DNA of 55,647 bases from Octopus sinensis. Its lineage: Eukaryota. The stretch lies in assembly GCF_006345805.1 (NCBI RefSeq), contig NW_021833691.1, positions 1 to 55,647 of the forward strand, in the 5' to 3' direction. Both the position numbers and the translations under genes were made by a program. Shown here piece by piece: positions 26,501 to 41,000 of the stretch. Each line of letters starts with the position of its first letter. The first letter of the stretch is position 1. The notes beneath the pieces were generated by a model. The model was not told the DNA's origin, ran no database searches, and saw nothing but the letters and a program-made list of their open reading frames with translations.

Positions 26501-28838
26501 CCCGCGAGATAAAGGAGATACTGGCCGGATGCGCCGGGGAGAAGTCGCCGGGGTTGGATGGTCTGCCCTACGAGTTTTACCAAAGTATGCCGGACTTGTT
26601 CGGGGGAATACTGGCGGGCGTCTACACGAACTGGCAGCAGAATGGGAGAATTCCCAGTTCTGTAAGCCGGGGAGTGGTGACGCTAATCCAGAAAGACCCG
26701 AGCAAGGGGGATAACATAGTAACTACAGGCCCATAACTCTACTTAATGTAGAGTTAAAGATTTTGGCCAAGGTGTTGGCAAAAAGGTTGACGGTTGTCGT
26801 GGAGAAACTTGTAGGGAGAGCACAGACATGTGCAATTCCAGGCAGGTCGATCCAGGACAACCTTCACCTTATACGCTACACCTTAGATAGGGTGGGTAAA
26901 TTAGCCGGCAAAGGCGGGGTAATGGTCCATTTAGACCAAAGTAAAGCCTTCGATAGGGTAGACCATGGGTACCTGGCGACGGTCCTCGAAGCGGCTGGGC
27001 TGGGCCCTGAATTTCGCGGGTGGATCTCCGCTATGTATAGCGGCATCAAGTCCACCGTCCAGATAAACGGTTACCTAACGGAACCGTTTTCGATCGAGTG
27101 TTCAGTGCGTCAGGGGTGCCCCTTGTCACCACTTTTGTACGTATTGGCTCTTGAGCCATTGCTGCGAAAGTTGGAGAGGCTGGGGAGTAACTCGGATGAA
27201 ATCGGAGGTGGGAGGACGGTTACTGCTTATGCGGATGACGTCACCCTCATCGTGTCCAAAGAGGCCCAACTACCTTGTGTAGAGGAGGCTATCAGAGGAT
27301 ACGAGGCGGTGGCAGGAGCAAAGGTTAACAAGGACAAATCGGTTGGCTTGCGCCTCGGCACCTGGAGGAGCAAGTCGATATCGTCCAGTGTCGTGGGACA
27401 CTGGACGGATGGCCCTGTTAAGTTGCTGGGAGTTTGGTTTGGGCCAGACTCCCAAACGGAGAAGAACTGGAGTGAGGTGACAAGCAAGGTGGAAGCCATA
27501 GTACGGACCTGGTCCGGAAGGTTTCTGTCCTTGAAAGGAAAGGCGGAGGTGGTGCAGATGTTCATTGCATCTGTAATCACCTACCGCCTGACCGTTGTCC
27601 CTTGCCCCGATTCATGGCTTAACAAGTTGGAGCGAATCCTTTTCCGCTTTTTGTGGAAAGGAGGAAAGCCACTTGTGAGGCGCTCCGTTTGCTGCCAGGA
27701 ACCGTTAAAGGGTGGGTTAGGAATGCCTTGGTTGATGATGCGCAGACATGCGTTGAGGCTAAGGCATCTCTGGCACCACCTGGAAGGTGATAAGGTGTGG
27801 AGTCCGCTGGCAGGGGGATTTTTCCCGAGACCGGCCTCCTTAGTGAATTTTAAACCCGGTTACATCAAAAGATGGAAACTGACTCCATGGCAAAAGGAGT
27901 GCCGACAGGCACTCACGCTGATCCACAAGGCGGGCAAGGCCGGCTGCGGAAATACCACCTCGGTATTTTATAGAGGGCTGGTAGAGGCAAAAAACGACGA
28001 CGTCCTAGGAGGGGCTCTGGGGTTTGATGAAGACCAGCTTGCCAACCTGTTTAAAAAAACTTTCAGGTCGGGGTATTTGGATAATTTCCAAAGATCCCTG
28101 GCCTGGCAGTGTATAGGAATGCTTTACCTGTTCGCGAGAAGTTATCGCGGCACGGAGTTTCAGTGCCACCGACGTGTCCAAGGTGCGAGTTGGACGATGA
28201 AACCGTCCAGCACGCTTTTGTTCACTGTCGGAAGTTGTCCGACTTGATAAGTTACGCAGAACACGTGTTATCGCATCTGGGACGAGTACAGCTGTCGGCT
28301 GAGTCTATGATTAAGATGATACCGCCAACTGGACTCTCGAAGGAAGGTGAGGCATGTTTTCACTGCACGGTTGCAGTAGTAAAAGAATGCATGTGGAGAA
28401 CGAGAATGGAAGGAGCCGCGATAGGATCCTTTGTCTCCGGCCCCGGCTTGCTCACTTACTTCAGATATCATCTGAAGAGCAAAATGGGGCTGGAAAAGAG
28501 GATCTTACCACGGGTGTGTATGAGAAAAGATGGAAGGAAGTGGAAAAAAAGGTGGGTGTCAGAAACCCAGCTTGACCATGGAGGAGAGAGAGGAAGGGAA
28601 GCTGCAGGGCCTCATAAATTGCCGGGGTGTAAAAACTCCAGTGAGATTATAAGTTATGTACTGTTGTTTGTTCTACTGGTCATGTAAAGGACATTTATTT
28701 TATTTTAATGAATAATCCAAATGTAAATGAAAATTTTTAAAACGAATCTCTTAAATGTTTTTGTATGTATGTCCTGTATTTGTCTTTCTGTGTGTGATTT
28801 TATAATCATAATAAAAAGAAATAACTTATTATTGCTTC
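23565..28838 (+). mobile_element. Tx1-like element copy 3 (ORF1 23748-25167; ORF2 25195-28575)
   Basis: Same motifs; frames broken by small indels. Confidence 0.92.
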
Positions 28839-31800
28839 CTTTCTCGAGTTACTTTCATCTGCGTGTGAGGAATAGCTGCCTTCATTTAAGAGAGTTCGGA
28901 TTTGTGCTATTATTGTTTGTGCTAACTGTTTTGAACAGTGCCCGTTGTATAACGGTAATTTTCGCCCTACGGGGCAGAAAATTTTGTATACCTGCATTTT
29001 TATTACCTTCGAGGTGATGGATTTCGACTTGACGTCGAAGAAGGATTTTCCCGTGATGCGAAAAAGTGAAAATATGGAAAAGGAAGTACCCAAACAGTCA
29101 TTCTCGGCCGCGGTGGGCGGCGCCATGATGGATGTCGAGTTTAAAATTGAACAATTGTACGAATTCAGGAACCTGGTAAAAGTGGAAGGAGGCGAGATAA
29201 AGCTTGTACCGCCGCAGGCAAAGGTACAAGAGATTAAGGAGAGAATAGTTATTTACAAGGTATACAGCTTCAAAGAGAAGAAGATAATGGATGTAAAGAA
29301 TGAAATGGTAGAAAAGTGCCTGTCCCCGGTGTGGGACAAAATCCGTCATGTCGTTAGAGGTGCACGCAGTGCTACAGTCGAGGCACATTTCGACACAGCC
29401 GAGGTAGCGAGAGAGGTGTCGTCGTTGACCCTAAAAAACGACGACATCATGCTGCTACCCTCGTACATGGGGAAGCGTACAGCGAAGTTGCTGGTAGAGG
29501 ACATACCCAGAGGGTACGACATCATGTGGGTAGCAGCGGCGGTCCTGCACAATATTGAACGAGAGATATCGATACTGCAGATGAGAAGGAAAGAGGTGGT
29601 GCGGTGGAAGGGTCAGACCCTGGAACTCCTCGTGCAGGCGGAGAACAAAATTTTAGAAAACCTGCCCGATAGAATCTTCAATGAAGACGGGACGTCAATG
29701 AGAGTTTCAGTGGAGGGACGTAGACCCAGATGTTTCAAGTGTGGAGAGAAGGGTCACGTCCGATCAAATTGTATAAAAAAGAAGAGAACAGAAGAAGCGC
29801 CTCCTCAAAGTGTCCCCAACACTGAAGGGGAGAAAACAGGAAAAGACAACAAAAAGACGAAGACAAGTACGGAAACAAAAACGGACCATACAGAACCAAT
29901 GGACTACACACAAGTCACTCATAAAAGAAAAAAAGATAATACCCAGGACTCCCCTCCCCAAACAAAGAAAAAAACAGCAAACACAGCAGACACACACACC
30001 AAGCAAATCCCCCAACCCTACCCCCATGGCACTGTTTTCATTGGAAAACAGTTTGCCAAGCCCCTCCCCATAAAACAAGACATAAAAAGTGTTTACAGAA
30101 GAACGAGAGGATCATAGCTTTCGACGAGAAAAACGAAAGAGTGTATAAGTGTTGTAAATTTTCAAGATTTGTATTGTATAGTAGAGCCACAGATGTGAAA
30201 GCAACCGCTCGCTTCGCGAAGGTAGGGGAGGACGAGTGGAAGGAGGAGGTTCTTCAGGAACATCTGAGGAACCGACTGATAAGAGACGTGACCAAAGAGG
30301 TAATGGAGGGCAAACTGATAATAACCCCGGCAACCACACCCACCCAGAGCCCGGTGGCAACGCCGGTCAAGAGCCCTGCAGCAGCGGAAGAAGGGGAAGC
30401 AGGCAGATTTAAACTGTCATGCTCCCTTTCCCAACCGTGAGTACATTTATTTTTCTCTCTAACCTACAATGGCTAAGCTGGGTTGTATAAATGTACGTGG
30501 AATGGGGTCGAAACGGAAACAAATTTGTTTCCTGAACGACCTCACGACACATGGTGTAGATATAGCCATTGCAACCGAGTCCAAGATGAGCGAGACCCAA
30601 GCGTTCTCGCCTCTTCTAAATGGTTTCGAGAAATTTATTTCTCCTAGCCGAGGAAGAGGCAGAGGCGTGGCAGTCTTATCAGGAAGAGCTTGGACTTGCA
30701 GGTAAGTACTGTCTTTCTGGACCCAGAAGGCAGGCTGGTTGTCCTGGATGTGACTCACGTAAGTAAACAGTCCTTCAGGTTGGTAGCTGTCTACGCCCCG
30801 AACGAGGGTAGACAGACGGGTTTTTTTCGGAACCTGGAGCCCTTTTTAGCGACGTCGAAAACAGTAATCCTAGTAGGGGACTTTAACACTGTCCTTGAAG
30901 CGCGGATCGACAATGTTGGCTCAACCAATAGGAAGGGGAACCCTAGCCTCAAGGGTCTACTAGAGAGCTTTGATCTAGTGGACCGTTACCGACTGGATGA
31001 GCCGAGCGTTCCACAGTGGACGTGGAGTAACAACGACGGCTCACACAGATCGTATCTAGATAGGATATTTATTAAGAAAAGAGATAAGGATACGTTTAGT
31101 TGTCCACAATTTCATATTGTACCTTACTCGGATCACAAATTTGTGACGTGTAGGATGCAATTAGACAAGTGTCATAGACAGGGACCCGGGTACTGGAAGC
31201 TGAACAAGGCTATTTTGAATTGTGAAGACTTCCGTACCCGGATTAAGGTGTTAGTTCAGAGGGCATTGTGTGGCACCATCATTAACAATAGATGGTGGCA
31301 CGCCCTCAAAAGAGCCATTCGTTCAGAGTCCGTTAGATTTAGCAATCAGCTAAGGATAGATAGGGCTAGTCTAGAGGGCGATTTAGTTAAGAATCTAGAC
31401 GAGGCAATGGAAGCTGGCTCTGCATCCGAGTGTTGGCGGCAAGGACGGTATTGTACCGTCACCTTAACTCCAAACACGAAGGTTGCAGAGTCAGAGCTAA
31501 GCTACGCGCTGGGAAACGAGAAGGTATTAACGTGGCCGGATGGGCCCGTCGTGTGGAGAGTCAGAGAGGCAACAGAGCCTCAATCAAATCTTTGACTGAC
31601 GAACAGGGACAAAAGATCTATGGACAGGAGGAGATGCAAAAGTTCTTCACCAGCATTTCGCCCGCGTGTTCGGGGGTGGTGGTTCGCTGGATCGGGGGAG
31701 AGCCTTAAAGGACTTCCTAGCCGGCGGACCGCGGCTCGCGGGGCGTGAGGTGGAGTGCTGTGAAGGAGCGATCACTCCCGCGGAGATAAAGGAGATACTG

Positions 31801-34113
31801 GCCGGATGCGCCGGGGAGAAGTCGCCGGGGTTGGATGGTCTGCCCTACGAGTTTTACCAAAGTATGCCGGACTTGTTCGGGGGAATACTGGCGGGCGTCT
31901 ACACGAACTGGCAGCAGAATGGGAGAATTCCCAGCTCTGTAAGCCGGGGAGTGGTGACGCTAATCCAGAAAGACCCGAGCAAGGGGGATAACATCAGTAA
32001 CTACAGGCCCATAACTCTACTTATTGTAGAGTTAAAGATTTTGGCCAAGGTGTTGGCAAAAAGGTTGACGGTTGTCGTGGAGAAACTTGTAGGGAGAGCA
32101 CAGACGTGCAATTCCAGGCAGGTCGATCCAGGACAACCTTCACCTTATACGCTACACCTTAGATAGGGTGGGTAAATTAGCCGGCAAAGGCGGGGTAATG
32201 GTCCATTTAGACCAAAGTAAAGCCTTCGATAGGGTAGACCATGGGTACCTGGCGACGGTCCTCGAAGCGGCTGGGCTGGGCCCTGAATTTCGCGGGTGGA
32301 TCTCCGCTATGTATAGCGGCATCAAGTCCACCGTCCAGATAAACGGTTACCTAACGGAACCGTTTTCGATCGAGTGTTCAGTGCGTCAGGGGTGCCCCTT
32401 GTCACCACTTTTGTACGTATTGGCTCTTGAGCCATTGCTGCGAAAGTTGGAGAGGCTGGGGAGTAACTCGGATGAAATCGGAGGTGGGAGGACGGTTACT
32501 GCTTATGCGGATGACGTCACCCTCATCGTGTCCAAAGAGGCCCAACTACCTTGTGTAGAGAGGCTATCAGAGGATACGAGGCGGTGGCAGGAGCAAAGGT
32601 TAACAAGGACAAATCGGTTGGCTTGCGCCTCGGCACCTGGAGGAGCAAGTCGATATCGTCCAGTGTCGTGGGACACTGGACGGATGGCCCTGTTAAGTTG
32701 CTGGGAGTTTGGTTTGGGCCAGACTCCCAAACGGAGAAGAACTGGAGTGAGGTGACAAGCAAGGTGGAAGCCATAGTACGGACCTGGTCCGGAAGGTTTC
32801 TGTCCTTGAAAGGAAAGGCGGAGGTGGTGCAGATGTTCATTGCATCTGTAATCACCTACCGCCTGACCGTTGTCCCTTGCCCCGATTCATGGCTTAACAA
32901 GTTGGAGCGAATCCTTTTCCGCTTTTTGTGGAAAGGAGGAAGGCCACTTGTGAGGCGCTCCGTTTGCTGCCAGGAACCGTTAAAGGGTGGGTTAGGAATG
33001 CCTTGGTTGATGATGCGCAGACATGCGTTGAGGCTAAGGCATCTCTGGCACCACCTGGAAGGTGATAAGGTGTGGAGTCCGCTGGCAGGGGGATTTTTCC
33101 CGAGACCGGCCTCCTTAGTGAATTTTAAACCCGGTTACATCAAAAGATGGAAACTGACTCCATGGCAAAAGGAGTGCCGACAGGCACTCACGCTGATCCA
33201 CAAGGCGGGCAAGGCCGGCTGCGGAAATACCACCTCGGTATTTTATAGAAAGCTGGTAGAGGCAAAAAACGACGACGTCCTAGGAGGGGCTCTGGGGTTG
33301 ACGAAGACCAGCTTACCAACCTGTTTAAAAAAACTTTCAGGTCGGGGTATTTGGATAATTTCCAAAGATCCCTGGCCTGGCAGTGCTATAGGAATGCTTT
33401 ACCTGTTCGCGAGAAGTTATCGCGGCACGGAGTTTCAGTGCCACCGACGTGTCCAAGGTGCGAGTTGGACGATGAAACCGTCCAGCACGCTTTTGTTCAC
33501 TGTCGGAAGTTGTCCGACTTGATAAGTTACGCAGAACACGTGTTATCGCATCTGGGGCGAGTACAGCTGTCGGCTGAGTCTATGATTAAGATGATACCGC
33601 CAACTGGACTCTCGAAGGAAGGTGAGGCATGTTTTCACTGCACGGTTGCAGTAGTAAAAGAATGCATGTGGAGAACAGAATGGAAGGAGCCGCGATAGGA
33701 TCCTTGTGTCGGCCCCGGCTTGCTCACTTTACTTACATCATATCATCTGAAGAGCAAAATGGGGCTGGAAAAGAGGATCTTACCACGGCGTGTGTATGAG
33801 GAAGATGGAAGAAGTGGAAAAAAAGGTGGGTGTCAGAAACCCCTTGACCATGGAGGAAGGAGAGGAAATAAAAGCTGCGGGGCCTCATAAATTGCCGGGG
33901 TGTAAAAACTCCAGTGAGATTATAAGTTCATGTACTGTTGTTTGTTCTACTGGTCATGTAAAGGACATTTATGTTATAATGAATAATCCAAATGTAAATG
34001 AAAATTTTTAATCGAATTTCTTAAATGTTTTTTTTGTATGTATGTCCTGTATTTGTCCTTCTGTGTAATCGATTTTTATAATCATAATAAAGAAATACCT
34101 TATTATTGCTTTC
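28839..34113 (+). mobile_element. Tx1-like element copy 4 (ORF1 29017-30440; ORF2 30469-33847)
   Basis: Same motifs; frames broken by small indels. Confidence 0.92.
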
Positions 34114-37100
34114 TTTTTTCATCTGCGTTGTGAGGAATTAGCTGCCTTTAGTTGAGAGAGTTCGTATTTTTGCTTATTGTTGTTTGTATTAATTGTTATT
34201 TGAACAGTGCCCGTTGTATAACGGTAATTTTCGCCCTACGGGGCACAAAATTCTGTATTGTTATTACCTGTATTGTTATTACCTTCGAGGTAATTTTTGA
34301 AATGGATTTCGACTTGACGTCGAAGGATGATTTTCCCGTGATGGGAACAAGTGAAACAAAGGAAACAGAAGTACCAAAACAGTCTTTTTCGGCCGCGGTG
34401 GGCGGTGCCATGATGGACGTGGAGTTCAAGATCGAACGACTATTCGAATTTAGGAACCTGGTGAAGGTGGAAGGAGGCGAAATCAGGCTTGTACCGCCGC
34501 AGGCAAAGGTACAAGAAATAAAGGAGAAAACAGTCATATATAAAGTATACAGCTATAAAGACAAGAAAATCATGGACGTAAGAAATGAAATGGTCGAAAA
34601 GTGCCTGTCCCCGGTGTGGGACAAAATTCGCCATGTCGTCCGAGGTGCGCCTAGTGCTACTGTTGAGGTACATTTTGACTCAGCTGAGTTAGCTAGAGAG
34701 GTATCATCGTTGACCCTGAAAAACGATGACATCATGCTGCTACCCTCGTACATGGGAAAACGAACAGCGAAACTGCTGGTTGAGGACATACCGAGAGGTT
34801 ATGAGATAATGTGGGTAGCAGCAGCGGTCCTGCACAATATTGAGCGGGAAATCTCGATTCTGCAGATGAGAAAGAAAGAGGAGGTACGCTGGAAGGGACA
34901 GACGCTGGAACTCCTCGTGCAGGCGGAAAACAAAATATTGGAGAACCTGCCCGATAGAATATTCAACGAAGACGGAACATCAATGAGAGTATCAGTGGAG
35001 GGACGTAGACCCAGATGTTTTAAGTGTGGAGAGAAGGGTCACGTCCGCTCGAACTGCATAAAAAAGAAGAAAACAAATGAAGCTCCTCCTCAAAGTGTTC
35101 CCAACACTGAAGGGGAGAAGACAGAAAAGGATAATAACAAGACGAAGACAAGTATTGAAACAGAAACGGATTGTACCGAACAAATGGACTACACTCAAGT
35201 CACACATAAAAGAAAAAAAGACAACACCCCGGACTCCCCTCCCCAAACAAAAAAAAATCAGCAAGCACAGCAGACATACACATCAAGCAAATCCCCCAGC
35301 CCTACCCCCATGGCACTGTTTTCATTGGGAAACAGTTTGCCAAGCCCCTCCCCATAAAACAAGACGTGAAAAAGTCGTTAAAAAAAATGATAAGATCATT
35401 GCTTTCGATGAGAAAAACGAAAGAGTTTATAAATATTATAAATTTTCAAAATTTAAGTTATATAGTAAGGCTACAGACATAAAAGCAACCACTCGCTTCG
35501 CGAAAACAAAGGAAGACGAGTGGAAGGAAGAAGTTCTTCAAGAGCATCTAAAGAACAGACTGATCAGAGACGTGACTAAAGAAGTAATGGAGGGCAAACT
35601 TGTGATAACCCCGGCAACCACACCCACCCAGAGCCCGGTGGCAACGCCGGTCAAGAGCCCCGCAGCTACAACTACAAGGGAGGAAGAAGGGGAAGCGGGC
35701 AGATTTAAACTGTCATGCTCCCTTTCCCAACAGTGAGTACATTTATTTTTCTCTCTCACCTACTGGCTAAGCTGGGTTGTAAATGTACGTACGTGGAATG
35801 GGGTCGAAATGGAAGCAAATTTGCTTCCTGCACGACCTCACGACCATGGTGTAGACATAGCTATTGCAACCGAGTCCAAGATGAGCGAGGCCCAAGCGTT
35901 CTCGCCTCTTCTAAATGGGTTCGAGAAATTTATTTCTCCTAGCCGAGGAGGAGGCAGAGGCGTGGCAGTCCTTATCAGGAAGAGCTTGGACTTAAGGTAG
36001 AGTTAAAGATTTTGGCCAAGGTGTTGGCAAAAAGGTTGACGGTTGTCGTGGAGAAACTTGTAGGGAGAGCACAGACATGTGCAATTCCAGGCAGGTCGAT
36101 CCAGGACAACCTTCACCTTATACGCTACACCTTAGATAGGGTGGGTAAATTAACCGGCAAGGGCGGGGTAATGGTCCATTTAGACCAAAGTAAAGCCTTC
36201 GATAGGGTAGACCATGAGTACCTGGCGACGGTCCTCGAAGTGGCTGGGCTGGGCCCTGAATTCCGCGGGTGGATCTCCGCTATGTATAGCGGCATCAAGT
36301 CCACCGTCCAGATAAACGGTTACCTAACGGAACCGTTTTCGATCGAGTGTTCAGTTCGTCAGGGGTGCCCCTTGTCACCACTTTTGTACGTGTTGGCTCT
36401 TGAGCCATTGCTGCGAAAGTTGGAGAGGCTGGGAAGTAACTCGGATGAAATCGGAGGTGGGAGGACGGTTACTGCTTATGCGGATGACGTCACCCTCATC
36501 GTGTCCAAAGAGGCCCAACTACCTTGTGTAGAAGAGGCTATCAGAGGATACGAGGCGGTGGCAGGAGCAAAGGTTAACAAGGACAAGTCGGTTGGCTTGC
36601 GCCTCGGCACCTGGAGGAGCAAGTCGATATCGTCCAGTGTCGTGGGACACTGGACGGATGGCCCTGTTAAGTTGCTGGGAGTTTGGTTTGGGCCAGACTC
36701 CCAAACGGAGAAGAACTGGAGTGAGGTGACGAGCAAGGTGGAGGCCATAGTACGGACCTGGTCCGGAAGGTTTCTGTCCTTGAAAGGAAAGGCGGAGGTG
36801 GTGCAGATGTTCATTGCATCTGTAATCACTTACCGCCTGACCGTTGTCCCTTGCCCCGATTCATGGCTTAACAAGTTGGAGCGAATCCTTTTCCGCTTTT
36901 TGTGGAAGGGAGGAAGGCCACTTGTGAGGCGCTCCGTTTGCTGCCAGGAACCGTTAAAGGGTGGGTTAGGAATGCCTTGGTTGATGATGCGCAGACATGC
37001 GTTGAGGCTGAGGCATCTCTGGCACCACCTGGAAGGTGATAAGGTGTGGAGTCCGCTGGCAGGGGGATTTTTCCCGAGACCGGCCTCCTTAGTGAATTTT

Positions 37101-38095
37101 AAACCCGGTTACATCAAAAGATGGAAACTGACTTCATGGCAAAAGGAGTGCCGACAGGCACTCACGCTGATCCACAAGGCGGGCAAGGCCGGCTGCGGAA
37201 ATACCACCTCGGTATTTTATAGAAAGCTGGTAGAGGCAAAAAACGACGACGTCCTAGGAGGGGCTCTGGGGTTTGACGAAGACCAGCTTATCAGCCTGTT
37301 TAAAAAAACTTTCAGGACGGGGTATTTGGATAATTTCCAAAGATCCCTGGCCTGGCAGTGCTATAGGAATGCTTTACCTGTTCGCGAGAAGTTATCGCGG
37401 CACGGAATTTCAGTGCCACCGACGTGTCCAAGGTGCGAGTTGGACGATGAAACCGTCCAGCACGCTTTTGTTCACTGTCGGAAGTTGTCCGACTTGATAA
37501 GTTACGCAGAACACGTGTTATCGCATCTGGGACGAGTATAGCTCTCGGCTGAGTCTATGATTAAGATGATACCGCCAACTGGACTCTCGAAGGAAGGTGA
37601 GGCATGTTTTCACTGCACGGTTGCAGTAGTAAAAGAATGCATGTGGAGAACAAGAATGGAAGGAGCCGCGATAGGATCCTTTGTCTCGGGCCCCGGCTTG
37701 CTCACTTACTTCAGATACCATCTGAAGAGCAAAATGGGGCTGGAAAAGAGGATCTTACCACGGGGTGTGTATGAGAAAAGATGGAAGGAAGTGGAAAAAA
37801 AGGTGGGTGTCAGAAACCCAGCTTGACTATGGAGGAAGGAGAGGAAACAAAAGCTGCGGGGCCTCATAAATTGCCGGGGTTTAAAAACTTCGGTGAGATC
37901 ATAAGTTATGTACTGTTGTTTGTTCTACTGGTCATGTAAAGGACATTTATTTTTATTTTTATAATGAATAATCCAAATGTAAATGAAAATTTTTAATCGA
38001 ATCTCTTAACTGTTTTTTTTGCATGTATGTCCTGTATTTGTCCTTCTATGTATGATTATATAATCATAATAAAGAAATACCTTATTATTGCTTTC
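34114..38095 (+). mobile_element. Tx1-like element copy 5 (ORF1 34302-35736; ORF2 ~35764-37826 with ~1.3-kb deletion)
   Basis: EN start is fused to the RT region at ~35993. The ORF2 ATG is lost (CTG). Diverged ORF1. Confidence 0.9.
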
Positions 38096-41000
38096 TTTTT
38101 TCATCTGCGTTTTGAGAAATTTGCTGCCTTTTGTTGAGAGAGTTCGAATTTTGTTTATCGTTGGTTGTGTTAATTGTTATTTGAACAGTGCCCGTCGTGT
38201 AACGGTAATTTTCGCCCTACGGGGCAGAAAATTCTGTATTTAAAATTTTGTATTTAAAATTGTTATTACCTTCGAGGTAATTTTTGAAACATTTTTGTGG
38301 AATGGATTTCGACTTAGCGTCGAAGAATGATTTTCCCGCGATGGGAACAAGTGAATTAAAGGACACGGAAGTAACGAAACAGTCTTTTTTGGCTGCGGTA
38401 GGCGGAACCATGATGGACGTTGAATTCAAGATCGAACAACTGTTCGAGTTTAGGAACTTGGTGAAAATGGAAGGAAACGAGATCAGACTTGTGCCGCCGC
38501 AAGCGAAGGTACAAGAAATAAAGGAAAAAACAGTGATATACAAAGTGTATAGCTACAAAGAAAAGAAAATTATGGACGTCAGGAATGAAATTGTCGAAAA
38601 GTGCTTGTCCCCGGTGTGGGACAAAATTCGCCATGTCGTTCGAGGTGCTCGAAGCGCTACTGTTGAAGCGCATTTTGACTCGGCTGAGGTAGCAAGAGAG
38701 GTGTCGTCATTGACCCTGAAAAATGATGACATCATGCTGCTACCCTCGTATATGGGAAAACGAACAGCGAAACTGCTGGTAGAGGACATACCGAGAGGGT
38801 ACGATATTATGTGGGTAGCAGCGGCGGTCCTGCACAATGTTGAGCGGGAGATTTCGATTCTGCAGATGAGAAGGAAAGAGGAGGTACGCTGGAAGGGACA
38901 GACGCTGGAACTCCTCGTTCAAGCAGAGAACAAGATATTGGAGAACCTGCCAGATAGAATATTTAACGAAGATGGAACGTCCATGAGAGTGTCGGTGGAG
39001 GGACGCAGACCCAGATGTTTTAAATGTGGCGAGAAGGGGCACGTCCGCTCGAACTGCTTAAAAAAAAAAGAAAACCAATGAAGCCCCTCCTCAAAGTGCT
39101 TTTAACACTGAAGGGGAGAAGGGGGAAAAAGAAAACAAGACGACGACAAGAAAAGAAACAGAAACGGATTGTACCGAACAAATGGATTTTACACAGGTAA
39201 CACACAAAAGAAAAAAAGACAACACCCTGGACTCCCCTCCCCAAACAAGGAAAAAATCAGCAAGCACCGCCGACACACACATAAAGCAAATTCCCCAGCC
39301 CTACCCCCATGGCACTGTTTTCATTGGGAAACAGTTTGCCAAGCCCCTCCCCATAAAACAAGATGTGAAAAAGTCTTTAAAAAAAAATGATTGCTTTTGA
39401 TGAAAAAAACGAAAGGGTATATAAATACTATAAATTTTCAAAATTCCAACTATTTAGCAAGGCCACAGACATAAAAGCAACCACTCGCTTCGCAAAAGTG
39501 GGGGAAGACGGGTGGAAGGAGGAAGTACTGCAGGAACATCTAAAGAACAGACTAATTAGAGATGTGACAAAAGAAGTACTGGAGGGTAAACTTGTGATAA
39601 CCCCGGCAACCACACCTACCCAGAGCCCGGTGGCAACGCCGGTTAAGAGCCCTGCAGCTACGACCACAAGGGAGGAAGAAGGGGAAGCGGGCAGATTTAA
39701 ACTGTCATGCTCCCTTTCTCAACCGTAAGTTCCTTTATTTTTTCTCTCACCGACAATGGCTAAGCTGGGTTGTGTGAATGTACGTGGAATGGGGTCGAAA
39801 CGGAAACAAATTTGCTTCCTGAACGACCTCACGACACATGGAGTAGACATAGCTATTGCAACCGAGTCCAAGATGAACGGGGCCCAAGCGTTTTCGCCTC
39901 TTCTAAATGGGTTCGAGAAATTTATTTCTCCTAGCCGAGGAAGAGGCAGAGGCGTGGCAGTCCTTATCAGGAAGAGCTTGGACTTGCAGGTAAGTACTGT
40001 CTTTCTGGACCCAGAAGGCAGGCTGGTTGTTCTGGATGTCACCCACGTAAGTAAACAGTCCTTCAGGTTGGTAGCTGTCTACGCTCCGGAAGAGAGTAGA
40101 CAGACGGGTTTTTTTCGGAACCTGGAGCCCTTTTTAGCGACGTCGAAAACGGTAATCCTAGTAGGGGACTTTAACACTGTCCTTGATTGCGCGGGTCGAC
40201 AGTGTTGGCTCAACCAATAGGAAGGGGAACCCTAGCCTCAAGGGTCTACTAGAGAGCTTTGATCTAGTGGACCGTTACCGACTGGATGAGCCGAGCGTTC
40301 CACAGTGGACGTGGAGTAACAACGACGGCTCACGCAGATCGTATTTAGATAGGATATTTATTAAGAAAAGAGATAAGGATACGTTTAGTTGTCCACAGTT
40401 CCACATTGTGCCTTACACGGATCACAAATTTGTGACGTGTGGGATGCAATTGGACAAGTGTCATAGACAGGGACCCGGGTACTGGAAGCTGAACAAGGCT
40501 ATTTTGAATTGTGAAGACTTCCGTACCCGGATTAAGGTGTTAGTTCAGAGGGCATTGTGTGGCACCATCATTAACAATAGATGGTGGCACTCCCTCAAAA
40601 GAGCCATTCGTTCAGAGTCCATCAGATTTAACAATCAGCTAAGGTTAGATAGGGCTAGGATAGAGGACGATTTAGTTAAGAATCTAGACGAGGCAATGGA
40701 AGCTGGCTCTGCATCCGGAGTGTTGGCGGCAAGGACGGTATTGTACCGTCACCTTAACTCCAAACACGAAGGTTGCAGAGTCAGAGCTAAGCTACGCGCT
40801 GGGAAACGAGAAGGTATTAACGTTGCCTGATGGGCCCGTCGAGTGGAGAGTCAGAGAGGTAACAAAGCCTCAATCAAATCTTTAACTGACGAACAGGGAC
40901 AAAAGATCTATGGACAGGAGGAGATGCAAAAGTTTCTTCACCAGCATTTCGCCCGCGTGTTCGGGGGTGGTGTGGCGCCGGAGCGGGGGAGGACCTTAAA

